DNA of 64,000 nt from Octopus sinensis (GCF_006345805.1 NC_043021.1:9548001-9612000); one strand, 5' to 3'; positions 1 through 12,674 are shown, counted from the stretch's first letter. Notes: generated by a model from the letters alone, not told the origin. Numbers and translations are program-made.

Positions 1-84
1 CAATATCGGCTATTTTTCGTCGATACTAAGTTCTAAATATAGTCTGAGAAGCCATAACTGGCGAAACAGTCATCAATGGTAAAT

Positions 85-118
<34 letters not shown>

Positions 119-345
119 TACACACACACACACATATACACATACACACACACACACACACTACGAGAAAAGTTCGGTAATATATTTTGGATGATCCAAA
201 AGTCAGGTGTCGAGAAGTTATCATGCTGTGTACAGACATGAAAAGGTAGACCTTTTTCTGGGGAACCGACTACACGTTGGGATAGCCCCAAGAATTATAG
301 GTTATAGAACCAGCTAAAATAATATCAATATAATAGTATATATCT

Positions 346-382
<37 letters not shown>

Positions 383-383
<1 letters not shown>

Positions 384-772
384 AGGAGTGGCGGTGTGGT
401 AAGTAGCTTGCTTACCAACCACAAGGTGTCACGCAGTGACACCTTGGGCAAGTGTCTTCTACTATAGCCTCGGGCCGACCAAATCCTTGTGAGTGGATTT
501 GGTAGACGGAAACTGAAAGAAGCCCGTCGTATATATGTATATATAAATATTTGTGTGTGTGTGTTTGTGTGTCTGTGTTTGTCCCACCCCCCACCGCCCC
601 AACATCGCTTGACAACCGATGCTGGTGTGTTTACGTCCCCGTAACTTAGCGGTTCGGCAAAATAGACCGGTAGAATAAGTACTAGGCTTACAAAGAATAA
701 GTCCTGTGGTCGATTTGCTCGACTAAAGGTGGTGCTCCAGCATGGCCGCAGTCAAATTACTGAAACAAGTAA
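383..772 (+). mobile_element. tRNA-derived CORE-type SINE, family A (likely the octopus OR-type SINE)
   Basis: A-box tggcggtgtgg, CORE-like ccttgggcaagtgtcttctactatagcc, internal (TA)/(TG) tract, tail catggccgcagtcaaatgactgaaacaag. Confidence 0.85.
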
Positions 773-877
773 TATATTTATATATATATAAATTAGAGAA
801 TAACCCTATGTAGCAATCCAACAATGATATACTTAAATCATCCCATATAGAAAAAAATTAAAGATAAGATAAAACAT

Positions 878-994
878 TTACCTAGAACTAAATATAGTAC
901 GAAATACTAAATAAATAGTATATAATTACCCTAACCCTAACTCTAATTATATACTATTTATTTATTATTTCGTACTTTATTTAGTTCTAGGTAA
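878..994. repeat. 51-bp inverted repeat (2 mismatches) with a (CCCTAA)-repeat loop
   Basis: Arms 878-928 and 944-994; loop ccctaaccctaactc. Confidence 0.88.
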
Positions 995-1440
995 GTTTTT
1001 CTAAAAGAACTCGGAAGGTTGAACTTCCAGCCAAGGTCTATTTAATGCTTCGAGGAAGAAAAAGAAGTTCGACGTTTCGGAACAGAAACTTTTATCAGAA
1101 AGACAACGGGCGAATTGGTGTTGATACATAAATATATTTGGATTCACGAAGAGAGAGAACGCGTGGGAGAGAGAGAGGGGGAATTATCACTAATCCTTCA
1201 ACACCAGTTGACATCTCATAGCTGTCTGGTGAAATGCTTTGCCCCCGAAACATTAAACTCCGCTTCTACACTGCATGCAACATATTTTACTGTTTCAATC
1301 ATATAGATACATACTACACACAAACCCACATATATATACCAATGATCCTTTTATGCTTAAATACATACATATATGCATGTTGGAATTATTATATTTTTAC
1401 GAGGTCTAGACAGGCATCTGCAGCTAGCAAGCCATGCTAC

Positions 1441-1482
1441 TCTAGACTGATGACGAGCAAGACTCAGAAACTAGTCTCTGGA
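1441..1482 (+). ncRNA. Minimal type I hammerhead ribozyme motif (Penelope-type)
   Basis: tctaga-CTGATGA-cGAG caaga CTCa-GAAA-ctag-TC-tctgga: 6-bp stem I, intact core, palindromic stem III, GUC cleavage triplet. Confidence 0.7.
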
Positions 1483-1688
1483 TGCAAGCTTAGCTAGGTG
1501 AGGGTGCTTATCTCCCCCTTGTAAACATAAGACACAAGAAATGCGTCAAGGCCGACAGGAAGCGTTGATGCTTCCTAGGGCTAAATAGCGGTGGTGTGAT
1601 TCCCTTCATGGGATTGTCACATTAAGTTGACAGTATACAACTACTCTGTCGTACCACCACTGCTTATGTCTCTCTGAGATATTTAGAA

Positions 1689-1724
<36 letters not shown>

Positions 1725-1725
<1 letters not shown>

Positions 1726-1977
1726 GGCTGCCCCCTCGTTATCGAGCATGGCCATTGCACGAAGCTTAACTGTTACTGGTGTTGTGATTGAATGTGACTT
1801 TTAACCCACCCAAAGATCTACAATGCCTTGTACAAAATTGGCAACTAAAACCTTTACAGGTAATAGCCGCTGTAGTTGTAACCTTTGCATGTCGTTTTTA
1901 AGTCCTCCTGCCGAATTACACTCTCTTCCCACATGCCCGACATGAAACAGGGGGATATTCTGGCACCGACCCTATTA
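1725..1977 (-). mobile_element. RTE LINE 3' end (two C2H2 fingers plus tail) joined to an inverted RT fragment
   Basis: 1725-1942 is the reverse complement of 25660-25893. 1941-1977 reads [12 protein letters not shown] (RT QG motif) on the opposite strand. Confidence 0.75.
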
Positions 1978-2065
<88 letters not shown>

Positions 2066-2480
2066 CACATATATATATATGCATATATATAAATATGTTT
2101 ATATATACATAAGCTATATATATTATCTGTGTATTCACATATATAGTTTATTTACAATTTTCAGACAGGCGCAGACTGTAGCAGCGTTTCCAAAGGTAAA
2201 CATCAGGATTATCTTATTCCAACTGAATCTAACACACACACACACATGCACACGCACACACACACACTCACACACACACACTCACACACAAACACAAAAT
2301 GAAGTTTCAATTATTCAAAAGCCAATACAAATTAAATTGTTGTTTTGTCTTCCCTCTCTTGTCACTCCTATATTTCAAATTGTATTGTACTAACTTTCGA
2401 GCAATTTTTAACTTTAAATATCGCACACAATACTTCACTCAACTACACTACGCCAATATGTGAGCGTGCGTGCATGTATG

Positions 2481-2514
<34 letters not shown>

Positions 2515-2820
2515 AGTGTATTATGTTTGTTTTTAAGTATAGTTGTACTTAAACTTTATTTGAAAGATCATTCAATACACTGAAGTAGAGTATCATTTAT
2601 AATTTTTTTATAGAAAGTAAAAGTTGAAGGTGACTTCGAAGATTCGCCATTCAATTGTTTTCGTCAGTCTGACGAAGTCAACGACCGGCGAGAAAAATTT
2701 TCAGGTTTTTCCTTGTATAAATATCTATACATGTATTATGTGTGAGTGTATATATGTATGTGTGTACGTATATATATATATAAACAATTATACGTACACA
2801 TATATGTTTGTGTGTGTCTG

Positions 2821-2851
<31 letters not shown>

Positions 2852-3141
2852 TCTATCTATTCTCTATATATATTATATATATATATATAGGTTAAGATCG
2901 AACAGTGAGGAGGAGTGTTCAACATACATTCGTGGATTAAGCAGATTACCATTGGTTTCATGTTAAGAGAGATAACTCTGCATGAAACCAATGGTAGCCT
3001 GGTTAACCACGAAAATAATATATATATATATATATAACAGAGAGTACACTATATATATACACACACATATTCGTATGTGTATATACATACATATACGTAT
3101 GTATTATATGTATATGTATATATATATACCTCGATATTCGC

Positions 3142-3214
<73 letters not shown>

Positions 3215-3361
3215 ATATATTTATAATCGAGGCTACAGCTGTTTAATGTCAATATTACTTGCAGCCACTATTATTATTGTTGCTATTATTATCAATCATA
3301 TAAATTTACCAATAATAATATCTTTACGACTATACACACGCACACACACACACATATATAT

Positions 3362-3453
<92 letters not shown>

Positions 3454-3551
3454 ATTCTGTAGAGGAATATATATAGATAATGTATGTGTCTGTGTGTAGG
3501 TATGTATCTAAGCATGTATCACAAAGAATGAAGACACAAGATATGAAAGGT

Positions 3552-3608
<57 letters not shown>

Positions 3609-4144
3609 CAAATTATACCTACTGTTTGCATTAATTTGTATGCTCAGCATTATACAATACAACTGCATATTCACATACTGATGCAAATACAGAAAGCTAA
3701 CTCATCAGGTTAGCGGAAATATCTATTGTTCGGATATCCTGGATTTCCGCTTACATATTACATTATATACTGCACGGTAATTGCTTAATACGTAAACTGA
3801 TAGCCGACTGCGAAGGAGGAGCTTACTGTGAATGCTGCTTGATTCTCTGGGTGCAACTATTCTACTACTCTTTAACATACACGTGTGTGTGCGTAGCCAT
3901 GTTTTAATGAATTTAAATTGGGTACAAACTGTTAATGCCCAATTTTTTTCGCCTTGACTTCTTATAATTATTTTTTTTTTCAATATTTCATAAGATGGAT
4001 ACATCGAAACCGGTTACATTTGAAATCACTCACTGCAACAAAAAATATTAAACAATCTCTAGAATATATTTTTGTGCCTTTTTCAACTTAATTTACTTTT
4101 TCTAACCATAATTTTTTATTTGTATGGACCCCTAACTACTTTGC

Positions 4145-4181
<37 letters not shown>

Positions 4182-4380
4182 ATGAGGATACAATCATAAA
4201 ATGGTTGGATTATCCAATATTTATGAATTTTCTTGTTCATTCCTCCGCTTTCGTACCCGTGGTTGAATATAGAGAACAACTTGTAGAGTGGATTGAAGGT
4301 ATTCGACACCTATTTCTAGCATTGGTGCTGGTCATTTCCAGTAGCCCTTAACTGCAATTATATCTTTATATTTATATTCG

Positions 4381-4427
<47 letters not shown>

Positions 4428-4599
4428 CATTACGCTCACATACACTACTATATTTTTGTTCGCACATACATACATATATACAAACCAACACGTTTTATAC
4501 ATGTTAACAAGTTCCTTAACGTGAAAAGTGAATGGATAGGGTTGGGTATATAAACATATACACATGGCTTCGCGTATAACATCTTTCTGAATTTATATA

Positions 4600-4632
<33 letters not shown>

Positions 4633-4888
4633 ACATCTCTCTTCCCCATTGATATTCCTTTCGATGTATGTTTACATAAACACAATAAACATACATATGT
4701 CACGTTTTTGTGTGTCTATATGCCTACAGGAAACACTTTTTGTTTATGTAAATAAATTATAGTTGTGTGTGTGTGTGTGTGTGTGTGCTCATGATTATAA
4801 AAAAAACTTATGAAGAAATGTTATGTTTGTATTGAATGATCTATCGTATTTATATGGTAGATCACCCGAAGAATTCATCACTCAAGAT

Positions 4889-4998
4889 CAGTTATGGCCA
4901 ACCTGTGGCCCGTGAGACTTTCTGAATGGCACGTCTGAGGAAATATTACCTTGAAAAATCTTAGTAATGCGGCCCGCTTCTTGATAAGGTTGCGCATG
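4889..4998. mobile_element. Short hAT-like MITE; related copies at about 6242-6352, 29069-29213 and 48648-48794
   Basis: Imperfect TIRs (cagttatggccaacct / aggttgcccatgcctg) and shared aaattaccttgaa and gcggcccgcttct blocks. No clear TSD. Confidence 0.45.
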
Positions 4999-5278
4999 AA
5001 ACGGCCTACTTCTCGAAAAATCGAGAAGTAGGCCGTTTCATGTTGAAGCTCCGATGAAGCTATAAGGTGAAACTCAAGCACTCAACTATGGGTGCATTGC
5101 AATTTATAGCAGAAACAACTGCAAGCCAATGAAGTTAATAACATAACGTTTATTCCTTTGTCCATCCCAAACTCTTATACCCCCACACACACACCTATTA
5201 TATATATAGAGAGAGAGACAGAGAGGGTGTGTGTGAAAGAGGGAGAGAGAGAGACAGACAGACGAGATAGAGAAAGAG

Positions 5279-5496
5279 AGAGCAATAGAAAATGGGGGGG
5301 GGATCAATACGTGGTATTCATCAACTTTTACACATTATATTATGTCAATTTCTTTATTTATTTACTAAAAGGCCAATTTAACAATATACATACATGTATA
5401 ACATATTATGCTTTACGTATATAATATATAAAGATTGTCTAAAGAATTGATGAATAAATACCACCAATTGATCCCCTCCATTTTCTTATTGCTCTA
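5279..5496. mobile_element. MITE with about 30-bp TIRs; duplicated at about 6639-6854, truncated copy near 57889-58010
   Basis: agagcaatagaaaatggggggggatcaat ... attgatcccctccattttcttattgctct. Confidence 0.6.
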
Positions 5497-5733
5497 TAAA
5501 TTAATGGTAAAATAATTCTTTACCTTCACCCTTTATTACCCTCGGTAATGTAATTGCCCATGCAATAAAAAACACTTGCGTATTAATAATTGGCATTCTA
5601 CCAACAGTATATTGGATAGATATTATCCCTTAGTTGGTTGGATTCACAACCTCTCACTTTTTTGGCATATATTATATATATAAATATATATATATATATA
5701 CCTATATATAACTATATTATATATTATATATAT

Positions 5734-5780
<47 letters not shown>

Positions 5781-5950
5781 CATTACGCTCACATACACTA
5801 CTATATTTTTGTTCGCCATACATACATATATACAAACCAACACGTTTTATACATGTTAACAAGTTCCTTAACGTGAAAGTGAATGGATAGGGTTGGGTAT
5901 ATAACCATATACACATGGCTTCGCGTATAACATCTTTCTGAATTTATATA

Positions 5951-5983
<33 letters not shown>

Positions 5984-7017
5984 ACATCTCTCTTCCCCAT
6001 TGATATTCCTTTCGATGTATGTTTACATAAACACAATAAACATACATATGTCACGTTTTTGTGTGTCTATATGCCTACAGGAAACACTTTTTGTTTATGT
6101 AAATAAATTATAGTTGTGTGTGTGTGTGTGTGTGTGTGTGCTCATGATTATAAAAAAAACTTATGAAGAAATGTTATGTTTGTATTGAATGATCTATCGT
6201 ATTTATATGGTAGATCACCCGAAGAATTCATCACTCAAGATCAGTTATGGCCAACCTGTGGCCCGTGAGACTTTCTGAATGGCACGTCTGAGGAAATATT
6301 ACCTTGAAAAATCTTAGTAATGCGGCCCGCTTCTTGATAAAGGTTGCGCATGAAACGGCCTACTTCTCGAAAAATCGAGAAGTAGGCCGTTTCATGTTTG
6401 AAGCTCCGATGAAGCTATAAGGTGAAACTCAAGCACTCAACTATGGGTGCATTGCAATTTATAGCAGAAACAACTGCAAGCCAATGAAGTTAATAACATA
6501 ACTGTTTATTCCTTTGTCATCCCAAACTCTTATACACACACACACACACATATTATATATATAGAGAGAGAGACAGAGAGGGTGTGTGTGAAAGAGAGGG
6601 AGAGAGAGAGACAGACAGACAGAGATAGAGAAAGAGAGAGAGCAATAAGAAATGGGGGGGGGATCAATACGTGGTATTCATCAACTTTTACACATTATAT
6701 TATGTCAATTTCTTTATTTATTTACTAAAAGGCCAATTATAACAATATACATACATGTATAACATATTATGCTTTACGTATATAATATATAAAGATTGTC
6801 TAAAAGTTGATGAATAAATACCACCAATTGATCCCCTCCATTTTCTTATTGCTCTATAAATTAATGGTAAAATATCTCTTTACCTTCACCCATTTAGGTA
6901 ATGTAATTGCCATGCAATAAAAAACACTTGTGTATTAATAATTGGGCATCTACCAACAGTATATTGGATAGATATTATCCCTTAGTTGGTTGGATTCACA
7001 ACCTCTCACTTTTGGCA

Positions 7018-7049
<32 letters not shown>

Positions 7050-7062
7050 CATATATATATAC

Positions 7063-7145
<83 letters not shown>

Positions 7146-7146
<1 letters not shown>

Positions 7147-7345
7147 CGGGAAGCTTTATGAAAATAAACAAAAGACGAAGGCAGGTTTACGGAAATAAAC
7201 AAAAGACGAAGGCAGGTGGAATACAAACAAACAATTGTATTAGTATGGCGCTCAGGAATATAAATAAAACAAGTCTTTTACGTTTCGAGCCTACGCTCTT
7301 CAACAGAAAGATACACAGAAAGGAAACACAGAAAGAAGGACACAT
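7146..7345 (-). mobile_element. Penelope-associated short element carrying a hammerhead-like motif (7273-7311); second copy at 59720-59885 (+)
   Basis: tcttt-CTGTTGA-aGAGC gtag GCTC-GAAA-cg-TA-aaaga, abutting (TA)n. The homologous copy has CTGTAGA. Confidence 0.6.
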
Positions 7346-7796
7346 ATATATATATATTATATATATGGTATATATATACATACATATATATATTATATAT
7401 ATTGTATGTAAGCATGTATGTGTGCGCGCGCGTCTTTGTGCTTGTCCCCACGACGACGACGACGACGACGACGACCACCACCACCACCACCACCACCACC
7501 ACCATCACCACTTAACAGCTGTCGTTGGTTTGTTTACGTCTTCGTAAATTAGCGTTTCGACAAAAGAGACAGATGAAAAATAAGCACCAGATTTTAAGAA
7601 ATACGTCCTGGAGTTGATCTGTGGTGCCCCGGCATGGCCGCAGTCCAATGACCGAAATAAATTAAAAAGGTAGAGTTATATCACACGGGAATCGATTTAT
7701 GATGTTACGATGCATGCCCTAATTACAGTTAAGTGCATGCCGGGTGAACTGAGAGTGAGGTTCCGTAGGTGTAGCAAGCTAGGGTAACGATTCTTG

Positions 7797-7825
<29 letters not shown>

Positions 7826-7827
<2 letters not shown>

Positions 7828-8234
7828 CGATCTTTCGTCTCTGGTAGACCTTTCCGTCGTTTTCCGTAAAAAAAAATTATTTTTTTTACATATGGGCTTG
7901 CGGGAACTTTTGAAGTAATATACATACATATACACATACACCGAGTAAAAAATTTCAGTTATCTCTTTCTTTCACACATTACTCTGTCTCTTCACACACA
8001 CTAACAGAAGCACTTCACTTACACAACATACTGTCTGTCTCCCACACCCCATCAAACACACACACACACACACACACATGTCCATCAATGCTCCCATGCA
8101 CGGTAACTTCAAAAGAACTTCCCTCGTCATACAATCGCTTTCTCTTAGTCTCTTTCGTTCTCATTACTTCAAAAGTTCCCGCAAGCCCATATGTAAAAAA
8201 AAAAATTTTTTACGGAAATCGACGAAAGATCGCC
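7826..8234. repeat. Fold-back/MITE-like element with 70-95 bp inverted arms
   Basis: ggcgatctttcgtc...tacatatgggcttgcgggaacttttgaagtaat and its reverse complement at 8163-8234. Confidence 0.85.
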
Positions 8235-8324
8235 ATATATATATATAAATGCCTCTGTGTATGCGTTTGTTTTGTTGAATTGTCACAACATAAAAGTACA
8301 AGAGAGGAGGCGGTGGTGGGAAAT

Positions 8325-8388
8325 ATGGCGGCATGGTCAGACAGTTGGTCGATCGATAAGATATGGCTAGTTTGCATATTTGTTACAG
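8325..8388 (+). CDS. Candidate first coding exon with signal-peptide-like N-terminus (MAAWSDSWSIDKIWLVCIFVT)
   Basis: AAATATGGCG start context (YY1/Kozak-like) in a GC/CpG-rich patch, hydrophobic stretch, donor CAG|GTTCGT phase 1. Downstream exons not established. Confidence 0.4.
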
Positions 8389-8483
8389 GTTCGTTTGTTT
8401 ACTAAGTGGCGCGGGATTCGATCGCAGAACAAACGGACTACGGAGTGACTTACAAACAGCAACGATGTCGTCGACAACGACAG

Positions 8484-8535
<52 letters not shown>

Positions 8536-9019
8536 GTGGTGGTGGTGGTGATTCTTTTTAATTTTGGTACGAGGCCAGCAACTTTGAGGTGGAGGGTGCC
8601 AGTCGGTAACATCAACTTCCACTCCACCCTACCACTGGTTGATGTAACCGAGTTGCTGGTTTTCTTGTATTTCATCGAGTGCAAAAAGGATGGAAAAGGT
8701 AACGCTGACCTCGGCAGGATTTGAACTCAAAACATCGAAGGTAGAAATAATGATAATGATTTCTTTGTTTACAGCCACAAGGGAGAAGGACAAGAGACGG
8801 ACAAAACAGAGACAGGTTATAAAATGTGTGAGTGGTTTTACAAAGAAATTTAACGGAATATGATGATATATCAACAGTGTACAAAATATGGTAACGCACC
8901 ACCAAGGAAAGCCCACAGGTTCGAAATGGCTCCGATTACTAAATACAAGTCCCCTCTCTTGGGTGTCCCCACCAACCCGGCCTACTACGAGTAGGTTCAT
9001 GTATTCGGCTATGTATTTC

Positions 9020-9232
9020 AACGGAGAGTTGGCGAAATGCGTGGCCGTATTTCGTCTACCGTTACGTTCTGAGTTCAAATTCCGCCGAGGTCGACTTTGT
9101 CTTTCATCCTTACGGGGTCGATAAATTAAGTACCAGTTACGCACTGGGGTCGATATAATCGACTTAATCCGTTTGTCTGTCCTTGTTTGTCCCCGCTGTG
9201 TTTAGCCCCTTGTGGGTAGTAAAGAAATAGGT
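9020..9232 (+). mobile_element. tRNA-derived SINE, family B; others near 19520-19750 and 58803-59035
   Basis: tggcagaaacgttagcac A-box-like, gagttcaaattcc B-box, gccgaggtcgactttgcctttcatcctttcggggtcgataaattaagtacc body, tail gtagtaaagaaataggt. Confidence 0.85.
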
Positions 9233-9249
9233 TATGTATTTCAATCTCG

Positions 9250-9930
9250 TTCTATCTTTCCGGACATTTAATGGAGCGGGTCACATTCTCCTCTTCATCC
9301 TCTCTTTCTTCTTCAAGTGGAACTTGCAAAAAGTCGATGTGGTCTTGGGGCGAATAAGAGTTTGTCCTCAATCCTTTCAGTTGCTGTCCAGCACTTAAGA
9401 ATTGTCGCCATAGCCATTAGGCAGGAAAACGGTCTGCTCTTTCCAGAGGAAAGTAGGACGGATCCGGTTTATCGGCAGAGTCCATCACAATGGATTCGTC
9501 CTGCATTCGACAACAGCGGTTCGACGGAACTCAACAAGTCAGCGGATATTCAGACAACGAACGAATTGTATGAGTAACAGTTTCGTCTCGCTAACCATAT
9601 CTTGTATAGGCAATGTACCACGCCATCCCACACGTAGCATTTAACAGGTCAAAGATTTCTGGAAGTTATCCATAGTTGCCAATCTGAAAGTTCTCCGACA
9701 GTTAATTATTGTCCAAGTCTCATTAGGCCGAGAGCGTCTTCGTTCTTTTCCCATTACCAAGCTCTCTGGAGACAGCTAACGTGGAAAATCCACGGATCAC
9801 ATTAGCCGACTGACAGAGGGCAGACAACATCACACCGAGCTATGTAAAGTAATAGCCAGTAATCTCTGCACAACAGTAACGATTTACACCCGACTCCACA
9901 ACTGAGAACTTCTTTTTCTTCAAAAGCACG
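9250..9930 (-). mobile_element. Degenerate Tx1/L1-like ORF2 C-terminal remnant
   Basis: GC-richer, coding-like and frameshifted, with AVFCLMAMA-like and FCKFHLKKK motifs recalled from Tx1-clade C-termini. Confidence 0.4.
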
Positions 9931-10421
9931 CACGCACGCGCACACACACGCACACACACACACACACACACAAACGAACACGCACACACACATACAATGT
10001 CGCGTACACGTATGTACGCCACACGCCGTACGTGTGTCTTTGTCGCTATGCTTATATGTTTACTGATGTAAACCAATCTGGAATGGGAAGAGCTTGCTTG
10101 CCTTGAAGAAATCTAAGCGTCTCGATAAATGGTACCCGATTAAAATAGATTCAGGGACCGACATGATTGAATAACCCTTTAAGAGGGTAAACCAGCATGG
10201 CTGCATACAATGACAAACCGGTGAAAGAAGTATGTATGTATGTATGGATGGACGGACGATAGGGTGTATGGATAAATGAAATGATGGATGGATGGATGTA
10301 TTTTTGCTTGTATGTATGTTTGTATTTACATATTTTTGTTTGTGTGTATGTTTGTATATATGCATACATGTGCGCATGTATTGTATGTATGTATGTATGT
10401 ATGTATGTATGTATGTATGTA

Positions 10422-10460
<39 letters not shown>

Positions 10461-10710
10461 GTATGTATGTATGTATGCATGTGTGTATGTGTGTGTATGT
10501 ATGTATGTATGTGTGTATGTGTGTGTATGTATGTATGTATGTATGTATGTGTGTGTATGTATGTATGTGTGTGTGTATGTATGTATGTATGTATGTATGT
10601 ATGTATGTATGTGTGTGTGTATGTATGTATGTATGTATGTATGTGTGTATGTATGTATGTATGTATGTGTGTATGCATGTATGTGTGTATGTGTGTATGT
10701 ATGTATGTAT

Positions 10711-11274
10711 GTATGTATGTATTAACGTGTGTGTATGTATACAGGTGTTTGTATGTACATACGTTTGTTTTTTACAGAGTATGTTTGAGTGTATGCTTGT
10801 AAGAATGTATAAATGTGTGTGTATGTATACAGGTATGCTTGTATGCATATATGTTTGTTTTTTACCGAACATGTCTGAATGTATGTCTGTAAGAATGTAT
10901 AAATGTGCGTGTATGTATACAGGTATGCTTGTATGCATATATGTTTGTTTTTTACCGAACATGTCTGAATGTATGTCTGTAAGAATGTATAAATGTGCGT
11001 GTATGTATGCAGGTATGGTTATATGCATATACGTTTGTTTTTTTACTGAGTATGTTTGAATGTATCTTTTTTATCTTTTATCTTTTACTTGTTTCAGTCA
11101 TTTGACTGCGGCCATGCTGGAGCACCGCCTTTAGTCGAGCAAATCGACCCCGGGACTTATTCTTTGTAAGCCCAGTACTTATTCTATCGGTCTCTTTTGC
11201 CGAACCGCTAAGTGACGGGGACGTAAACACACCAGCATCGGTTGTCAAGCAATGCTAGGGGGACAAACACACAA

Positions 11275-11311
<37 letters not shown>

Positions 11312-11640
11312 CATATATACGACAGGCTTCTTTCAGTTTCCGTCTACCAAATCCACTCACAAGGCATTGGTCGGCCCGGGGCTATAGCAGAAGACACTTG
11401 CCCAAGATGCCACGCAGTGGGACTGAACCCGGAGCCATGTGGTTGGTTAGCAAGCTACTTACCACACAGCCACTCCTGCGCCTTAAAAAAGAACCTTTTA
11501 GCACGAGTGGGGTATGTCTGTAAGAATGTATAAATGTGCGAGTATGTATACAGGCATGTTTGTAGGCATATACATTTGGTTTTTTTACCGAATATATTTG
11601 AACGTATGTTTGTAAGTATGTATAAATGTGTGTGTACGAT
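10711..11640. repeat. 90-bp minisatellite interrupted by a SINE
   Basis: aagaatgtataaatgtg recurs at 10801, 10891, 10981 and again after the SINE near 11522. Confidence 0.85.
11066..11472 (-). mobile_element. Family A SINE, full length, inserted into a 90-bp minisatellite
   Basis: Intact A and B boxes (tggctgtgtgg, ggttcagtccc), CORE block and tail. Confidence 0.9.
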
Positions 11641-12613
11641 TTGTATATCAAGCAACAGGTTCAATGCCTGTAAGAAAGAAAAGAGAACGGTCGAAGAAAG
11701 AGAGGAAGAGAAGGTGGGGAGAAAAACAGACAAGCTGGCATAAACATAGATATATACAGACAGACGGTAAACGGGACGAGGTAGAAAGGCAGACAGACAG
11801 GCAACGAGATAGACACGCGCGAGCACGCAGACATCTTTTCCTTTCTTTTCATCTTTCACTTGCCTTGATTCGTTGGACCGCGGCCAAGCTGGAGCACCGC
11901 CTTGAATGCTTTTTTTTAGTCGAAGGAATTGACCCCTGTACTTATTCTGTTTTTTTTTTAAGCCTTGTGCTTATTCTATGGCCTGTGTTCTGAACCGTTA
12001 AATTACGGGAACGTAAACAAACCAACATCGGTGGTGGGGACAAGCACAAACACGCACACACACACGCACATATTGAAAGAGAGAGAGAGACAGACAGACA
12101 AATATGTATACCTATGTCTGTATATGAATTTTTGTGTGTGTGTACTTGTGTGTGTGTGTAGCATTCTTGATCATGGTTCTGCTCGATCAGAGCTAACCTG
12201 CAGCTAAGCAAGACGTGAAGGTCATGCTTGGAATGAAACTGACTCGGCGTTAAGCATCATTGAGACGCAATTGCCACGACTGTAACGCTGATTACAGATC
12301 TACTCGTTCAGGACTGATGGTCACGGTTAGTAGAATACCAGTCATCAAGTCTAATGAATATATAACACACAGACATACAAACATACACACACACACATAC
12401 ACACACACACACATACACACACACACACACATATATATATATACGACGGGCTTCTTTCAGTTTCCGTCTACCAAATCCACTCACAAGGCTATAGTAGAAG
12501 ACATTTGCCCAAGGTGCCACGCAGTGGGAATGAACCCGGAACCATGTGGTTGGTAAGCAAGCTACTTACCACACAGCTACTCCTGCGCCTATACATATAT
12601 GTGTGTGTATATA

Positions 12614-12674
<61 letters not shown>

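Larger units (their letters stand above)
4427..7020. repeat. Near-identical tandem duplication, unit about 1.35 kb (4427-5670 and 5780-7020)
   Basis: Colinear match throughout; differences are mostly 1-nt indels; (TA)n at all boundaries. Confidence 0.93.

Noticed and set aside
44-71. Active hammerheads at 44-71, about 1065-1105, 2667, 3990, 5050 and 44275
   Set aside because: Core or stem lesions (missing G8, lost GAAA, etc.); kept only as decayed relics.
10060-11059. Long ORFs (322, 255 aa and many [16 protein letters not shown] ORFs across the window)
   Set aside because: Translations of stop-free microsatellites, with no splice or codon evidence.
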